From NCBI GenBank assembly GCA_002269645.1, contig NIVC01004220.1, forward strand, positions 1 through 54,282: a stretch of DNA of 54,282 nucleotides, written 5' to 3'. Shown one piece after another: positions 34,701-45,766 of the stretch. Below the pieces are notes generated by a model, which was not told the origin of the DNA, ran no database searches, and was given only the letters and a program-made list of their open reading frames with translations. Position 1 is the stretch's first letter. The number at the start of each line of letters is the position of its first letter. Source of the DNA: Macrostomum lignano. Taxonomy: Eukaryota. A program made the translations under genes and the position numbers.

Positions 34701-37700
34701 CCGACCCTTCAGCGGCATTGCGCAGAATGAAGGCAAGTCAAACTACTTTGATTAGTTGGTTAATCGATTGATTGATTGATTGATTATTTTAGTCAATTCA
34801 ACATTTCATACATTTATCTCTGCTGAAAAACCTACTTTTGCATTTCTACCTCCAACCGGTTCAGGACAGGGACGTTCGGATTTTTCTTGTCGTTCGAGCG
34901 GCCAGAGTGGAAACGGTGAAGTTTGAGTGCTTGGTGAGTGACTCAGGTCGAGTGACTCAGGTAGAGTGACTCGAGTAAAGTAACTCGGGTAGAGTGACTC
35001 GGGTAGAGTGACTCGGGTAGAGTGACTCGGGTAGAGTGACTCGGGTAGAGTGACTCGGGTAGAGTGACTCGGGTAGAGTGACTCGGGTAGAGTGGACTCG
35101 GGTAGAGTGACTCGGGTAGAGTGACTCGGGTAGAGTGACTCGGGTAGAGTGACTCGGGTAGAGTGACTCGGGTAGAGTGACTCGGGTAGAGTGACTCGGG
35201 TAGAGTGACTCGGGTAGAGTGACTCGGGTAGAGTGGACTCGGGTAGAGTGACTCGGGTAGAGTGACTCGGGTAGAGTGACTCGGGTAGAGTGACTCGGTA
35301 GAGTGACTCGGGTAGAGTGACTCGGGTAGAGTGACTCGGGTAGAGTGGACTCGGGTAGAGTGACGGGTAGAGTGACTCGGGTAGAGTGGACTCGGGTAGA
35401 GTGACTCGGGTAGAGTGACTCCAGGTAGAGTGACTCCAGGTAGAGTGACTCGGGTAGAGTGACTCCAGGTAGAGTGACTCGGGTAGATCATCATGAAAAA
35501 GATCATTAGCTAAACAAAGTCTGTTTCATTCAAGATTTCATTTTATTGATACCTTAATCAAATTCAAAACCAGCCAGTTCCACTGGAAGTCAAAAATGAA
35601 AGAAAACGCAAAAAACCAGGGGTTTGAATTCACATGTCGCTCAGGTTTCTAAAGAGTTGGCGGCGATAATCACACCGAGCAGGGTGGTCTCGGCGGCCAG
35701 GATGCCGGACCCGGACAGAAACCACAGGCTGTAGCCGCCCACCTGTAGCCGATCGCCGAAGACGCACAATGCGATGAGCATGCAGATGGCTGCGGTTCAA
35801 GAATGTCAAGTGTGTTAGACATGGGTCTCAAGGGTGTTAGACAGGGGTCTCAAGGGTGTTAGACAGGGGTCTCAAGGGTGTTAGACAGGGGTCTCAAGGG
35901 TGTTAGACAGGGGTCTCAAGGGTGTTAGACAGGGGTCTCAAGGGTGTTAGACAGGGGTCTCAAGGGTGTTAGACAGGGGTCTCAAGGGTGTTAGACAGGG
36001 GTCTCAAGGGTGTTAGACAGGGGTCTCAAGGGTGTTAGACAGGGGTCTCAAGGGTGTTAGACAGGGGTCTCAAGGGTGTTAGACAGGGGTCTCAAGGGTG
36101 TTAGACAGGGGTCTCAGGGGTGTTAGACAGGGGTCTCAAGGGTGTTAAACAGGGGTGTCAAGGGTGTTAGACAGTGGTGTCAAGGGTGTTAGACAGTGGT
36201 GTCAAGGGTGTTAGAGAGTTGTGTCAAAGTGTTAGATAGTGGTTTCAAAGTGTTAGACAGGGGTCTCAAGGGTGTTAGACAGGGGTCTCAAGGGTGTTAG
36301 ACAGGGGTCTCAAGGGTGTTAGACAGGGGTCTCAAGGGTGTTAGACATTGGTGTCAAGGGTGTTAGAGAGTTGTGTCAAAGTGTTAGACAGGGGTTTCAA
36401 AATGTTAGACAGGGTTGTCAAAGTGTTAGACAGGGTTGTCAAAGTGTTAGACAGGGGTATCAAAGTGTTAGGCACGGGTTTCAAAGTGTTAGACAGGGGT
36501 GTCAAAGTGTTAGACACGGGTTTCAAAGTGTTAGACAGGGGTGCCAAGGGTGTTAGACAGGGGTGTCAAGAGTGTTAGACAGGGGTGTCAAGAGTGTTAG
36601 ACAGGGGTGTCAAGGGTGTTAGACATGGGTGTCAAGGGCGTTAGACAGGGGTGTCAAGAGTGTTAGACAGGGGTGTCCAGAGCGAGGCAATACTAAGACT
36701 GAAAAAATAGTGATATAAAACAGCACGGATGTTCACACAGTGAGCAGTTATTTACCTCCCAAAGCCAGGGCACTGAAGCTGATGATGCTCGGCACGTTGC
36801 TATCGTTAAGAGATTTCACCGCCATGGTGAGGACATTGGCGAGCAGCGAAATTGATAGACAGATTGTGCCGATGAGGGCCATGGCTATGACTGCCCTGCC
36901 GTTCACTGAAATTGTTTATTTTATGCATCCCCTGTTAGACATTGATATCCCCTGTTAGACATTGATATCTCCTGTTAGACATTGATATCTCCTGTTAGAC
37001 ATTGATATCCCTTGTTAGACATTGATATCCCATGTTAGACATTGATATCCCATGTTAGACATTGATATCCCATGTTAGACATTGATATCCCCTGTTAGAC
37101 ATTGATGTTCCCTGTTAGACATTGATATCCCCTGTTAGACATTGATATTCCCTGTTAGACATTGATATCCCATGTTAGACATTGATATCTCCTGTTAGAC
37201 ATTGATATCCCATGTTAGACATTGATATCCCCTGTTAGACATTGATATCCCCTGTTAGACATTGATATCCCCTGTTAGACATTGATATCCCCTGTTAGAC
37301 ATTGATATCCCCTGTTAGACATTGATATCCCCTGTTAGACATTGATATCCCATGTTAGACATTGATATCCCCTGTTAGACATTGATGTTCCCTGTTAGAC
37401 ATTGATATCCCCTGTTAGACATTGATATTCCCTGTTAGACATTGATATCCCATGTTAGACATTGATATCTCCTGTTAGACATTGATATCCCATGTTAGAC
37501 ATTGATATCCCCTGTTAGACATTGATATCCCCTGTTAGACATTGATATCCCCTGTTAGACATTGATATCCCCTGTTAGACATTGATATCCCCTGTTGGAC
37601 AATGGTATTATCTGTTTGTTCTGAACAATCACAGACAACAGAATTGCCACTTACCTGAGCCATCCAGAGCCAGCATCCTGGAGGTGGTGGTTCCATATCT

Positions 37701-40700
37701 GGGGTCCCAAACCACCCCCCAGCCGGGAGTGACGCAAGCAATGATGGCCAGCGCCAGAGCAGAAAACAGGCCGCCCGTGTACAGCTTTTGATAGAGCCTT
37801 GATGCTGTCATTTGCTGTCAGAGAGACGGACAAGTTTATAAACTATTTTATATACTATTTCGAAACTCTAACTTTACTCCATGTCAGCTTAGCTCTTTTA
37901 ATATGCAACTTCTTGAAAACAACTCTCTTCCATAGACTAAAAAAGTGACAATAAATTTAAACATAGAGGTTAGCAATTCTTCAATAATTTTGCTTTGCTT
38001 TGGTTGAGAAACTGATTTTGCAAAAAACACTCATTACAGTCATGCGCTATTAAAGATCATGATATCCAACAATTACCGTACGTTATAAAGCTTACATCTG
38101 TATCCCCATTCCCATCCCCATTCCCATCCTCATTCCCATCCCCATTCCCATCCCCATTCCCATCCCCATTCCCATCTTCATTCCCATCCCCATTCCCATC
38201 CCCATTCCCATCCCCATTCCCATCCCCATTCCCATCCCCATTCCCATCCCAATTTCCATCCCCGTTCCCATTCCCATTCCCATTCCCATTCCCATTCCCA
38301 TTCCCATTCCCATTCCCATTCCCATTCCCATCCCCATTCCCATCCCCATTCCCATCCCCATTCCCATCCCCATTCCCATCCTCATTCCCATCCCCATTCC
38401 CATCCTCATTCCCATCCCCATTCCCATCCCCATTCCCATCCTCATTCCCATCCCCATTTCCATCCCCATTCCCATCCCCATTCCCATCCCCATTCTTATC
38501 CCCATTCCCATCCCCATTCCTATCCCCATTCCCATCCCCATTCCCATCCCCATTCCCATCCCCATTCCCATCCCCATTTCCATCCCCATTCCCATCCCCA
38601 TTCCCATCCCCATTTCCATCCCCATTCCCATCCCCATTCCCATCCCCATTCCCATCCCCATTCCCATCCCCATTCCCATCCTCATTCCCATCCCCATTCC
38701 CATCCCCATTCCCATCCCAATTTCCATCCCCGTTCCCATCCCCATTCCCATTCCCATTCCCATTCCCATCCCCATTCCCATCCTCATTCCCATCCCCATT
38801 CCCATCCCCATTCCCATCCCCATTCCCATCCTCATTCCCATCCCCATTCCCATCCTCATTCCCATCTTCATTCCCATCCCCATTCCCATCTTCATTCCCA
38901 TCCTCATTCCCATCCCAATTTCCATCCCCGTTCCCATCCCCATTCCCATTCCCATTCCCATTCCCATCCCCATTCTCATCCTCATTCCCATCCCCATTCC
39001 CATCCCCATTCCCATCCCCATTCCCATCCTCATTCCCATCCCCATTTCCATCCCCATTCCCATCCCCATTCCCATCCCCATTCCCATCCCCATTCCCATC
39101 CCTATTCCCATCCCTATTCTCATTCCCATCCCTATTCCCATCCCTATTCTCATTCCCATCCCTATTCCCATCCCCATTCCCATCTTTCATCCCATCTCAT
39201 GCTCATCTGTCTGCATTCAGAAATCGCCGATCCCGAATCAGGTGCAAAATCAGTCCCACTACTTACCGTGTCGTCGCAGATCGAGCAGTTCGGCATGGTC
39301 GGCCCTAAGTACTTCTGGATCCAGCTGGGTATGACGCAAACCTTTGACCCGCCCAAGGAACCCGGCCAGTGCGACAGTCCGGACCAGCTGAAGGCCGGGG
39401 CCGAGAACTCCGTGTACTTTAAAGCTGACCTCGTTGTCATTGGCAACGAGACCGGCATGGGTTCTGCGGTGAGCCAGCCTAGATTAGCAATCCATTCTAT
39501 TCCTTCATCAGTGATGCTGGCTAGATTAACAATCCATTCTATTCCTTCATCAGTGATGCTGGCTAGATTAGCAATCCATTCTATTCCTTCATCAGTGATG
39601 TTGGCTAGATTAGCAATCCATTCTATTCCTTCATCAGTGATGCTGGCTAGATCAGCAATCCATTTTTAGGTCAGCGGTCGAGTGTCCTTAAATCTCTACA
39701 TTCGTTTCGCTTTCAGGCCTCCAGAGAGCTGTACCGAGATTTTCTGCAGTCGAATTCTCACCTGGATACCGATACCGTGTCCATCAGCGACCTTGGCGTT
39801 CGAATCGATGCAGTGCTGACAGCTGCTTTGGCTCTGAACCGAACTCTTAGGAAATATGCGTACTCCACGGAGCTCGATCTGGACGAGAGCCCTTTCAAGG
39901 ACCAGCTGCTGAGCGAAATCAGGGCTGTGGACTTTGAGGGCTTCACGGTGCGTTCTGACTGGCCCTTTCGTAGATTTGACAGGCTCTCAGTTGAGCGAGT
40001 CTAACACTCGATTGAGCGAGTCTACCACTCGATTGAGCGAGTCTAACACTCGATTGAGCGAGTCTAACACTCGATTGAGCGAGTCTAACACTCGATTGAG
40101 CGAGTCTTACACTCGATTGAGCGAGTCTAACACTCGATTGAGCGAGTCTAACACTCGATTAGTTGAGTCTAACACTCGATTAGTTGAGTCTAACACTCGA
40201 TTGAGCGAGTCTAACACTCGATTAGTTGAGTCTAACACTCGATTAGTTGAGTCTAACACTCGATTAGTTGAGTCTAACACTCGATTAGTTGAGTCTAACA
40301 CTCGATTGAGCGAGTCTAACACTTGATTGAGCGAGTCTAGCACTTAATTGAGTGAGATTCAGTAACTGTTATTCGATATGCTCCGCAGGGTCGAGTGAAA
40401 CTCGATGGCAACGGTGATCGGCTTGCTAACGCGGTGGTCTACCAGATTCGAAGTTCGTAACTCCACTTTTGTGAATGCTATCATCTCTTTCATCATTTTT
40501 ATTCATCATTGGTTGCAAATTTTTAAACATCATTGCAGACTTTGAGCCGGTGGCTGTGGCCTTTTTCAACACCTATGACAACATTATAGACTGGAGCGAA
40601 GAACTGCAGTTTTCAGGTAAGAGAAATCACACCATGGACAGTGAAAGCAGAATGCTTGAAAGGCATTAACTTTCCAATATAACAAAGGCAGCAACTGAGT

Positions 40701-43066
40701 TTGATTCAAAAGTTTACCCACCTATGAAAACAGTGAACTTTTATGAAATCCGTTAAGAAAATGCAACTGCATTGCGAGTGTTGCTCTTGTGTATTGAACG
40801 CGTAGGTTTGGTTGCTAGAAAAACTTAGTGAGTCTTGCCGGACCACGGTCTGTATTTATATATTAACATGCACGCTGTGAGAAAAATTGGATGTTAGATT
40901 ATTGCGTAACGCGTTTCGCAAATCAACGTGCCCGACGGGCCGCAAACTGAACACAGAGTTAAGTACGTATGGTCGCGCACCCACAACAGTTGCCATGTGA
41001 CCAAAGATGCATAGGATCAATAAGAGGAATCAAAGATACGTATATTACATACTTTAGTACGAGCGTGTAGAAGATTTTTCTGACATTAATCCCATTCACT
41101 GGATACGCTCGTAGATAGAAACAAACCATTTTAGTACAGTGGACTAGCCACATAGACCCCCCCTAGCGGGTCTAGCATTGAAAACTCCAACCCCGCCGTG
41201 GACTCAGGTGAGGGACCGCCGGAGGACAAACCGAAGGTGGTGAAAAATCAACAGGTAGTCAGCCGAACCAACGCTATTGTGATGCTGTGCCTCTGCTCAA
41301 TTTGCGTTGCCATCACGCTGAGCTTCATGGTCGCCAATTTTCACTATCGGCACATCCGAATGATCAAAATGTCGTCGCCTAACATCAATAATTTGATTGG
41401 CATCGGCTGCATTCTGAGCTACGCGTCCTGCACCGTGTCCGCTGTTGGCAGCAGCTGGCTCCAGGACACGGCCGCCTGCTGGCTGCAGTCCGTCAGCCTC
41501 TGCTTCGGCTACTCCATCGCCTACGGAGCCATGCTGGCCAAGACCTGGCGGGTTCACGTCATCTTTGCTACGAGAAATATGCGCCGGGTGGTGAGCGGCG
41601 GGTTGTGATTGGCTGGGAGAGTCAGTCTGCGATTGCCTGGGACAGAAGCGGGATGTGATTGGCTGGGGGTCAGTCTGCGATAATCTGAGAGAGAAGCGGG
41701 CTGTGATTTGCTGGGGAGAATCAGGTTGTGATAAACTAATGAATATTTTTATGTTCAGTATTACCTCTTATCTGAATTTTTCAGTCCATCAAGGACCATC
41801 AGTTGGCCGCTGTACCGCTCGCCCTAGTAGTCCTCGACGTGATTTTATTTACTGTCTGGGCCTTGGTGGATCCGATGGAGCTGATTAACGTGAAATACGC
41901 GGTTGTGGTAAATTACTTTGATTGCAAAATTGCCTTCTTTAAGTAAAGCATAGCTAATACTTAGCATTTTTCTTTTCAAAAGGAATCGATTCAAAAGGGC
42001 TCAGTTGAGGTCAACATGGCTCAGACGTGTCACAGCAACTTTCTCACTATCTGGCTTGTGACCTTCGTTGGTTACAAAGGTTAGCCGATCAATTTATGAT
42101 TTTATAGAGCGGGTAAGGGGTGAAGAGTTAGGTGGGTGAAGAGTGAAATTGGTGAAGAGTGAGGTGGGTGATGAGTGAGGTGGGGGAGAGTGTGGGTGAG
42201 AGTGACACATTGAGTGACTCATCCTAAATGCATGCACCTCTCTTTGCAGGATTTCTCCTGGCCTTCGGCATCTTCTTTGCCTGGGAGACCCGCGCAGTCC
42301 ACATCGAGAGCCTGAACGACTCGAAGAAGATCGGCATCTGCGTCTACAACACCATGGTGATGGGAGCCCTGGGAGTCGTCATGGCTTTCGTCCTGCCAGC
42401 CAGCGAGTTGAACCTTCGGTTCCTTCTCATTAACGGCTGCATCATCGTCTGCTGCACTACCGCTGTGGTCATCGTGTTTGGCAGCAAGGTGAATTTTCTC
42501 CCGACTCATGATTGAAAATCCAAAAAATACGTAGAGATGCGTTGCTGTTGAAGTGCGGTACAACTGATACTAAAACTGGCTCAGTTGAAAATTATTGATA
42601 TAATAGAGAAGTGGAGTGGCGGAGTGAGTTGGTTGGTGGCGGAGTTAGCTGGTGGGTAGCGAGTGAGGTGGTGGGTGGCGAGAGTCGGTGGGTATCGTAG
42701 TGAGGTGGTGGGTATCATATTGAGGTGGTGGCTAGCGGAGTGAGGTGGGCGGGTGGCGGAGTGAGGTGGGCATCGTAGTGAGGTGAGTGGCGGAGTGAGG
42801 CTATAATGATAAGCTTGTCAACAATTTACAAGAGACGAGAAGCGTTATTATAGTCATTACATGCACGTGCATAGCTCGCATCTCCCTAATAAATACCAAC
42901 CGCACAGATACTGCTCCTGGTTCAGCACGGGCCATCGAAGATTGAGGACAGTAGCAACTGGCTGCCAGAGAACCAGTCCTCGTCCGCTATGCAGACGGCC
43001 ACTGGAGGCCAAAGGCCCTCCGGTCAGCAGAGCACCGAGGGTGGGCGGGCGACCTCTAGCGCCTGA
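31740..43066 (+). CDS. GABA-B-receptor-like class C GPCR (Venus flytrap + 7TM), ~750 aa, 14 exons
   Basis: Exons: 31740-31958, 33103(or 33094)-33231, 33683-33853, 34631-34732, 34865-34933, 39280-39468, 39717-39947, 40389-40452, 40539-40616, 41208-41590, 41785-41907, 41983-42079, 42250-42488, 42908-43066; all phases are compatible. Motifs: signal peptide, SPALSNKDKY, GPKYFW, MSSPNINNLI, LAKTWRVH, AWETR, LNDSKKIG..VYN. Confidence 0.9.
31962..32438. repeat. 7-bp-based satellite (GAGATAT/GAGGTAT) with higher-order units, GPCR intron 1
   Basis: Starts directly at the donor GTAAGATATGAG. Confidence 0.95.
33255..33615. repeat. GA-rich low-complexity tract, GPCR intron 2
   Basis: Purine-rich GAGAGGGAG runs. 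Confidence 0.9.
34170..34555. repeat. 24-bp minisatellite, GPCR intron 3
   Basis: Unit CTCTCCACCCTCTCCTACACCCTC. Confidence 0.95.
34936..35487. repeat. 14-bp minisatellite, start of GPCR intron 5
   Basis: Unit GAGTGACTCGGGTA, starting at the donor GTGAGTGACTC. Confidence 0.95.
35641..37811 (-). CDS. Small four-TM claudin/PMP22-superfamily-like protein (151 aa), nested antisense in GPCR intron 5; exons 37655-37811, 36756-36905, 35641-35789
   Basis: Canonical GT-AG sites with phase 1/1 joins give an uninterrupted ORF MTASRLYQK...ACVTPGW...GGYSLWFLSG...ANSLET* with four hydrophobic segments. Family assignment is from topology and weak motifs only. Confidence 0.8.
35810..36680. repeat. 21-22-bp minisatellite in intron 2 of the nested gene
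   Basis: Unit AGGGTGTTAGACAGGGGTCTCA grading into CAAAGTGTTAGACAGGGGTGT. Confidence 0.95.
36932..37597. repeat. 20-bp minisatellite (~33 copies) in intron 1 of the nested gene
   Basis: Unit TGTTAGACATTGATATCCCC. Confidence 0.95.
38103..39195. repeat. Hexamer satellite (CCCATT/CCCATC)n, ~1.1 kb
   Basis: Alternating CCCATT and CCCATC with sparse variants. Confidence 0.95.
39478..39660. repeat. 42-bp minisatellite, ~4 copies, GPCR intron 6
   Basis: Unit GCTAGATTAGCAATCCATTCTATTCCTTCATCAGTGATGCTG. Confidence 0.95.
39985..40345. repeat. 21-bp minisatellite, GPCR intron 7
   Basis: Unit GAGTCTAACACTCGATTGAGC. Confidence 0.95.
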
Positions 43067-43917
43067 TGGACACCGATATTGACTACTTCTTTTGAAAAAA
43101 ATCGTCAGTAGTATAGAACCATGCTTCGTAGCACAGAACATACCTGACATGTAGGTAGCCAGAGCTCTTTAATAACTCGAGAATTATCAAATTTTTATTA
43201 ATCGTTTTAAGGCTGACAAACAGTATCCGAGCAGCTCCGCTTTGTAGCGGGCCTTCAAAAGATATTTGATTATAGACGGCAGCGCCCATATCTTTAAAAA
43301 GCAACAATATTAGAAATTTAGACCGGAACTCCATCGCACTAATTTAATTAGATTCGGCGCACAAATAATACAGACAACACTCTATTCATGCTACTACAAA
43401 TGCTTAACAACTATTCAGTAGTATACTACTTTGGCTGGCCAATTAAATAGAAAAATAATCTATAACTTTAAGCATACGAGACTTAATTATTTGTTTTAAT
43501 TCAAGCGCGCAATGTGGGAGCGTTCGATGAAACAGCTTATAAATAGATGCAATATATAAATATATATTTATGCAATATATATATAGTTCCATATAGTGTA
43601 TGCAATTTAAATATCAGAATGTTAGCGAAACAATGAATGAGGCATCGGGCAGGCTGTAACTTGAGCCGCCAGCCCAAAAAAATCAATAATATAGAACAAA
43701 GCACAGCAGAAATGAAACTTCTTAAGCGAGAGCAGAAATTAAGAAAAACAAAGGCCAGAAAAAAGCCGAGAGTCGGTTTCGATTTTTGATAAGACAGCTA
43801 GACGGCGTGAAAGATCAAATATCAACCATAGGTTGCGTACAGGTAGCTTGCTTGGCAAGTGAAATAGCCTTCTACCGAACTGAAGGGATCGCCTGAGCTG
43901 ACTGAGATGCTGCTCTT

Positions 43918-44143
43918 CTGTCTGTCTGATTCTCTCTTAGTGTCTGTCTGTCTGTCTGTCTGTCTTAGTGTCTGTTTGTCTGTTCTGTCTGTCTGTTTGT
44001 CTCTCTTGGTGTCTGTCTGTCTGTCTGTCTATCTGTCTTAGTGTCTGTTTGTCTGTTCTGTCTGTCTGTTTTTCTCTCTTAGTGTCTGTTTGTCTGTTCT
44101 GTCTGTCTGTTTGTCTCTCTTGGTGTCTGTCTGTCTGTCTTAG

Positions 44144-44176
<33 letters not shown>

Positions 44177-44374
44177 TGGTGTCTGTCTGTCTTAGTGTCT
44201 GTCTGTCTGTTCTGTCTGTCTGTCTGTCTGCCTGTCTGTCAGTCTGTCTTAGTATCTGTCTGTCTGTCTGTCTTAGTGTCTGTCTGTCTGTCTGTCTTAG
44301 TGTCTGTCTTAGTGTCTGTCTGTCTGTCTTAGTGTCTGTCTGTCTTAGTGTCTGTCTGTCTGTCTGTCTGTCTA

Positions 44375-44407
<33 letters not shown>

Positions 44408-44408
44408 T
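43918..44408. repeat. (GTCT)n-rich microsatellite
   Basis: GTCT runs interspersed with TTAGT. Confidence 0.95.
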
Positions 44409-45184
44409 CGGCAGTCACTCAGCCAGCGCCGCGCGTCACAAGTGACTGGCAATGGAAATACTAGCAGAGTAACTTTGCGTTTAACAAACGCAAAGAAGAA
44501 AATCAGATTTCCAGCACAGCAAACGCTCACTACAATTACTGATCAGGTAATTCAGGCTTAGAAAATAAAAAACACCAGTCCGCATGAAAGATCCAGCCAG
44601 TAATGTGTATCGTTTTTTTGCATATTTCACTTTCTGCAAAAAATCATGCACCGCCAAAAATTCATAAAAGGCTAAGAAATCAATTAGCAGTTGCAATGGT
44701 GTTACAAAATGTATACGCAAGCATTTGAAGCAATAATAATTTAATCATAAAATGTATTGATAAGTTCAGATAAAAACTGTTAAATAGACAACTAGAGACA
44801 CTTATGTACACTCGATTACCATGATTTCAATGCACGATTACTAAACATGGTAATCCGACACTCTGAGCTTGGAGTGCACAGTTTAAGATAAAAATATGAC
44901 AGGCTGACAAACTGTCAGACAATGTCAGATGGGAAAATTTGGGTCAGAAGCGGCCAGAAAGACAGTTGAAAACAATGGAGAAAGATCGGGGCAGAGTAGC
45001 GGTATGACTGGATTAGAAAAAATGCTTTGCAAAACTTAATTACACATTACTCATTGTAGGACAGATTGAACTGACAATGCTATATTGAATCAAGGTCACT
45101 TTAGAGTCAGATTAGGACTTGCAGAGGTGAAAAAAAATTTGAACACCTAGGATAAAATCGCTACAGTTGACACACGGTTACTGA

Positions 45185-45610
45185 GTCAATTAATGTCACA
45201 ATCCATAGGAGTCAATGATACAGTCTAAGAGTTTGCAGGGTCAGTTAGGGTCACAGGGGTCAACTAAGGTCACAATCCATAGGAGTCAATGATACAGTCT
45301 AAGAGTTTGCAGGGTCAGTTAGGGTCACAGGGGTCAACTAAGGTCACAATCCATAGGAGTCAATGATACAGTCTAATAGTTTGCAGGGTCAGTTAGGGTC
45401 ACAGGGGTCAACTAAGGTCACAATCCATAGGAGTCAATGATACAGTCTAAGAGTTTGCAGGGTCAGTTAAGGTCACAGGGGTCAATTAAGGTCACAGGGG
45501 TCAATTAAGGTCACAGGGGTCAATTAAGGTCACAATCCATGAAAGTCAATGATACAGTCTAAGAGTTTGCAGGGCCAGTTAAGGTCACAGGGGTCATTTA
45601 AGGCCACGAT
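45185..45610. repeat. 74-bp tandem repeat (~5 copies)
   Basis: TCACAATCC anchors at 45196, 45270, 45344 and 45418. Confidence 0.9.
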
Positions 45611-45766
45611 CAGTAAGAGAATCAATACGGTCTTACGATTTTCAGGGTCACGATGATCAATTAAGGTCAAAATAAAAAAAACAGAGTATATTATCTAAAG
45701 AGATTTCAGGGTCAAACAAGGACATGAAGGTTGAATTCTAGACTGTGATAAAAGGCCAACCCCAGA

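Noticed and set aside
38057-39190. 377-aa GNGD-repeat and 363-aa MG-repeat ORFs
   Set aside because: These are translations of a hexamer satellite inside an intron, with no unique domain or splice support.
39478-39660. Hammerhead ribozyme (CTGATGA on the minus strand of the 42-bp unit; also ~30018)
   Set aside because: No matching GAAA core or three-stem architecture is visible.
44411-44447. 8-bp inverted repeat CAGTCACT/AGTGACTG after the (GTCT)n tract
   Set aside because: Too short to distinguish from chance.
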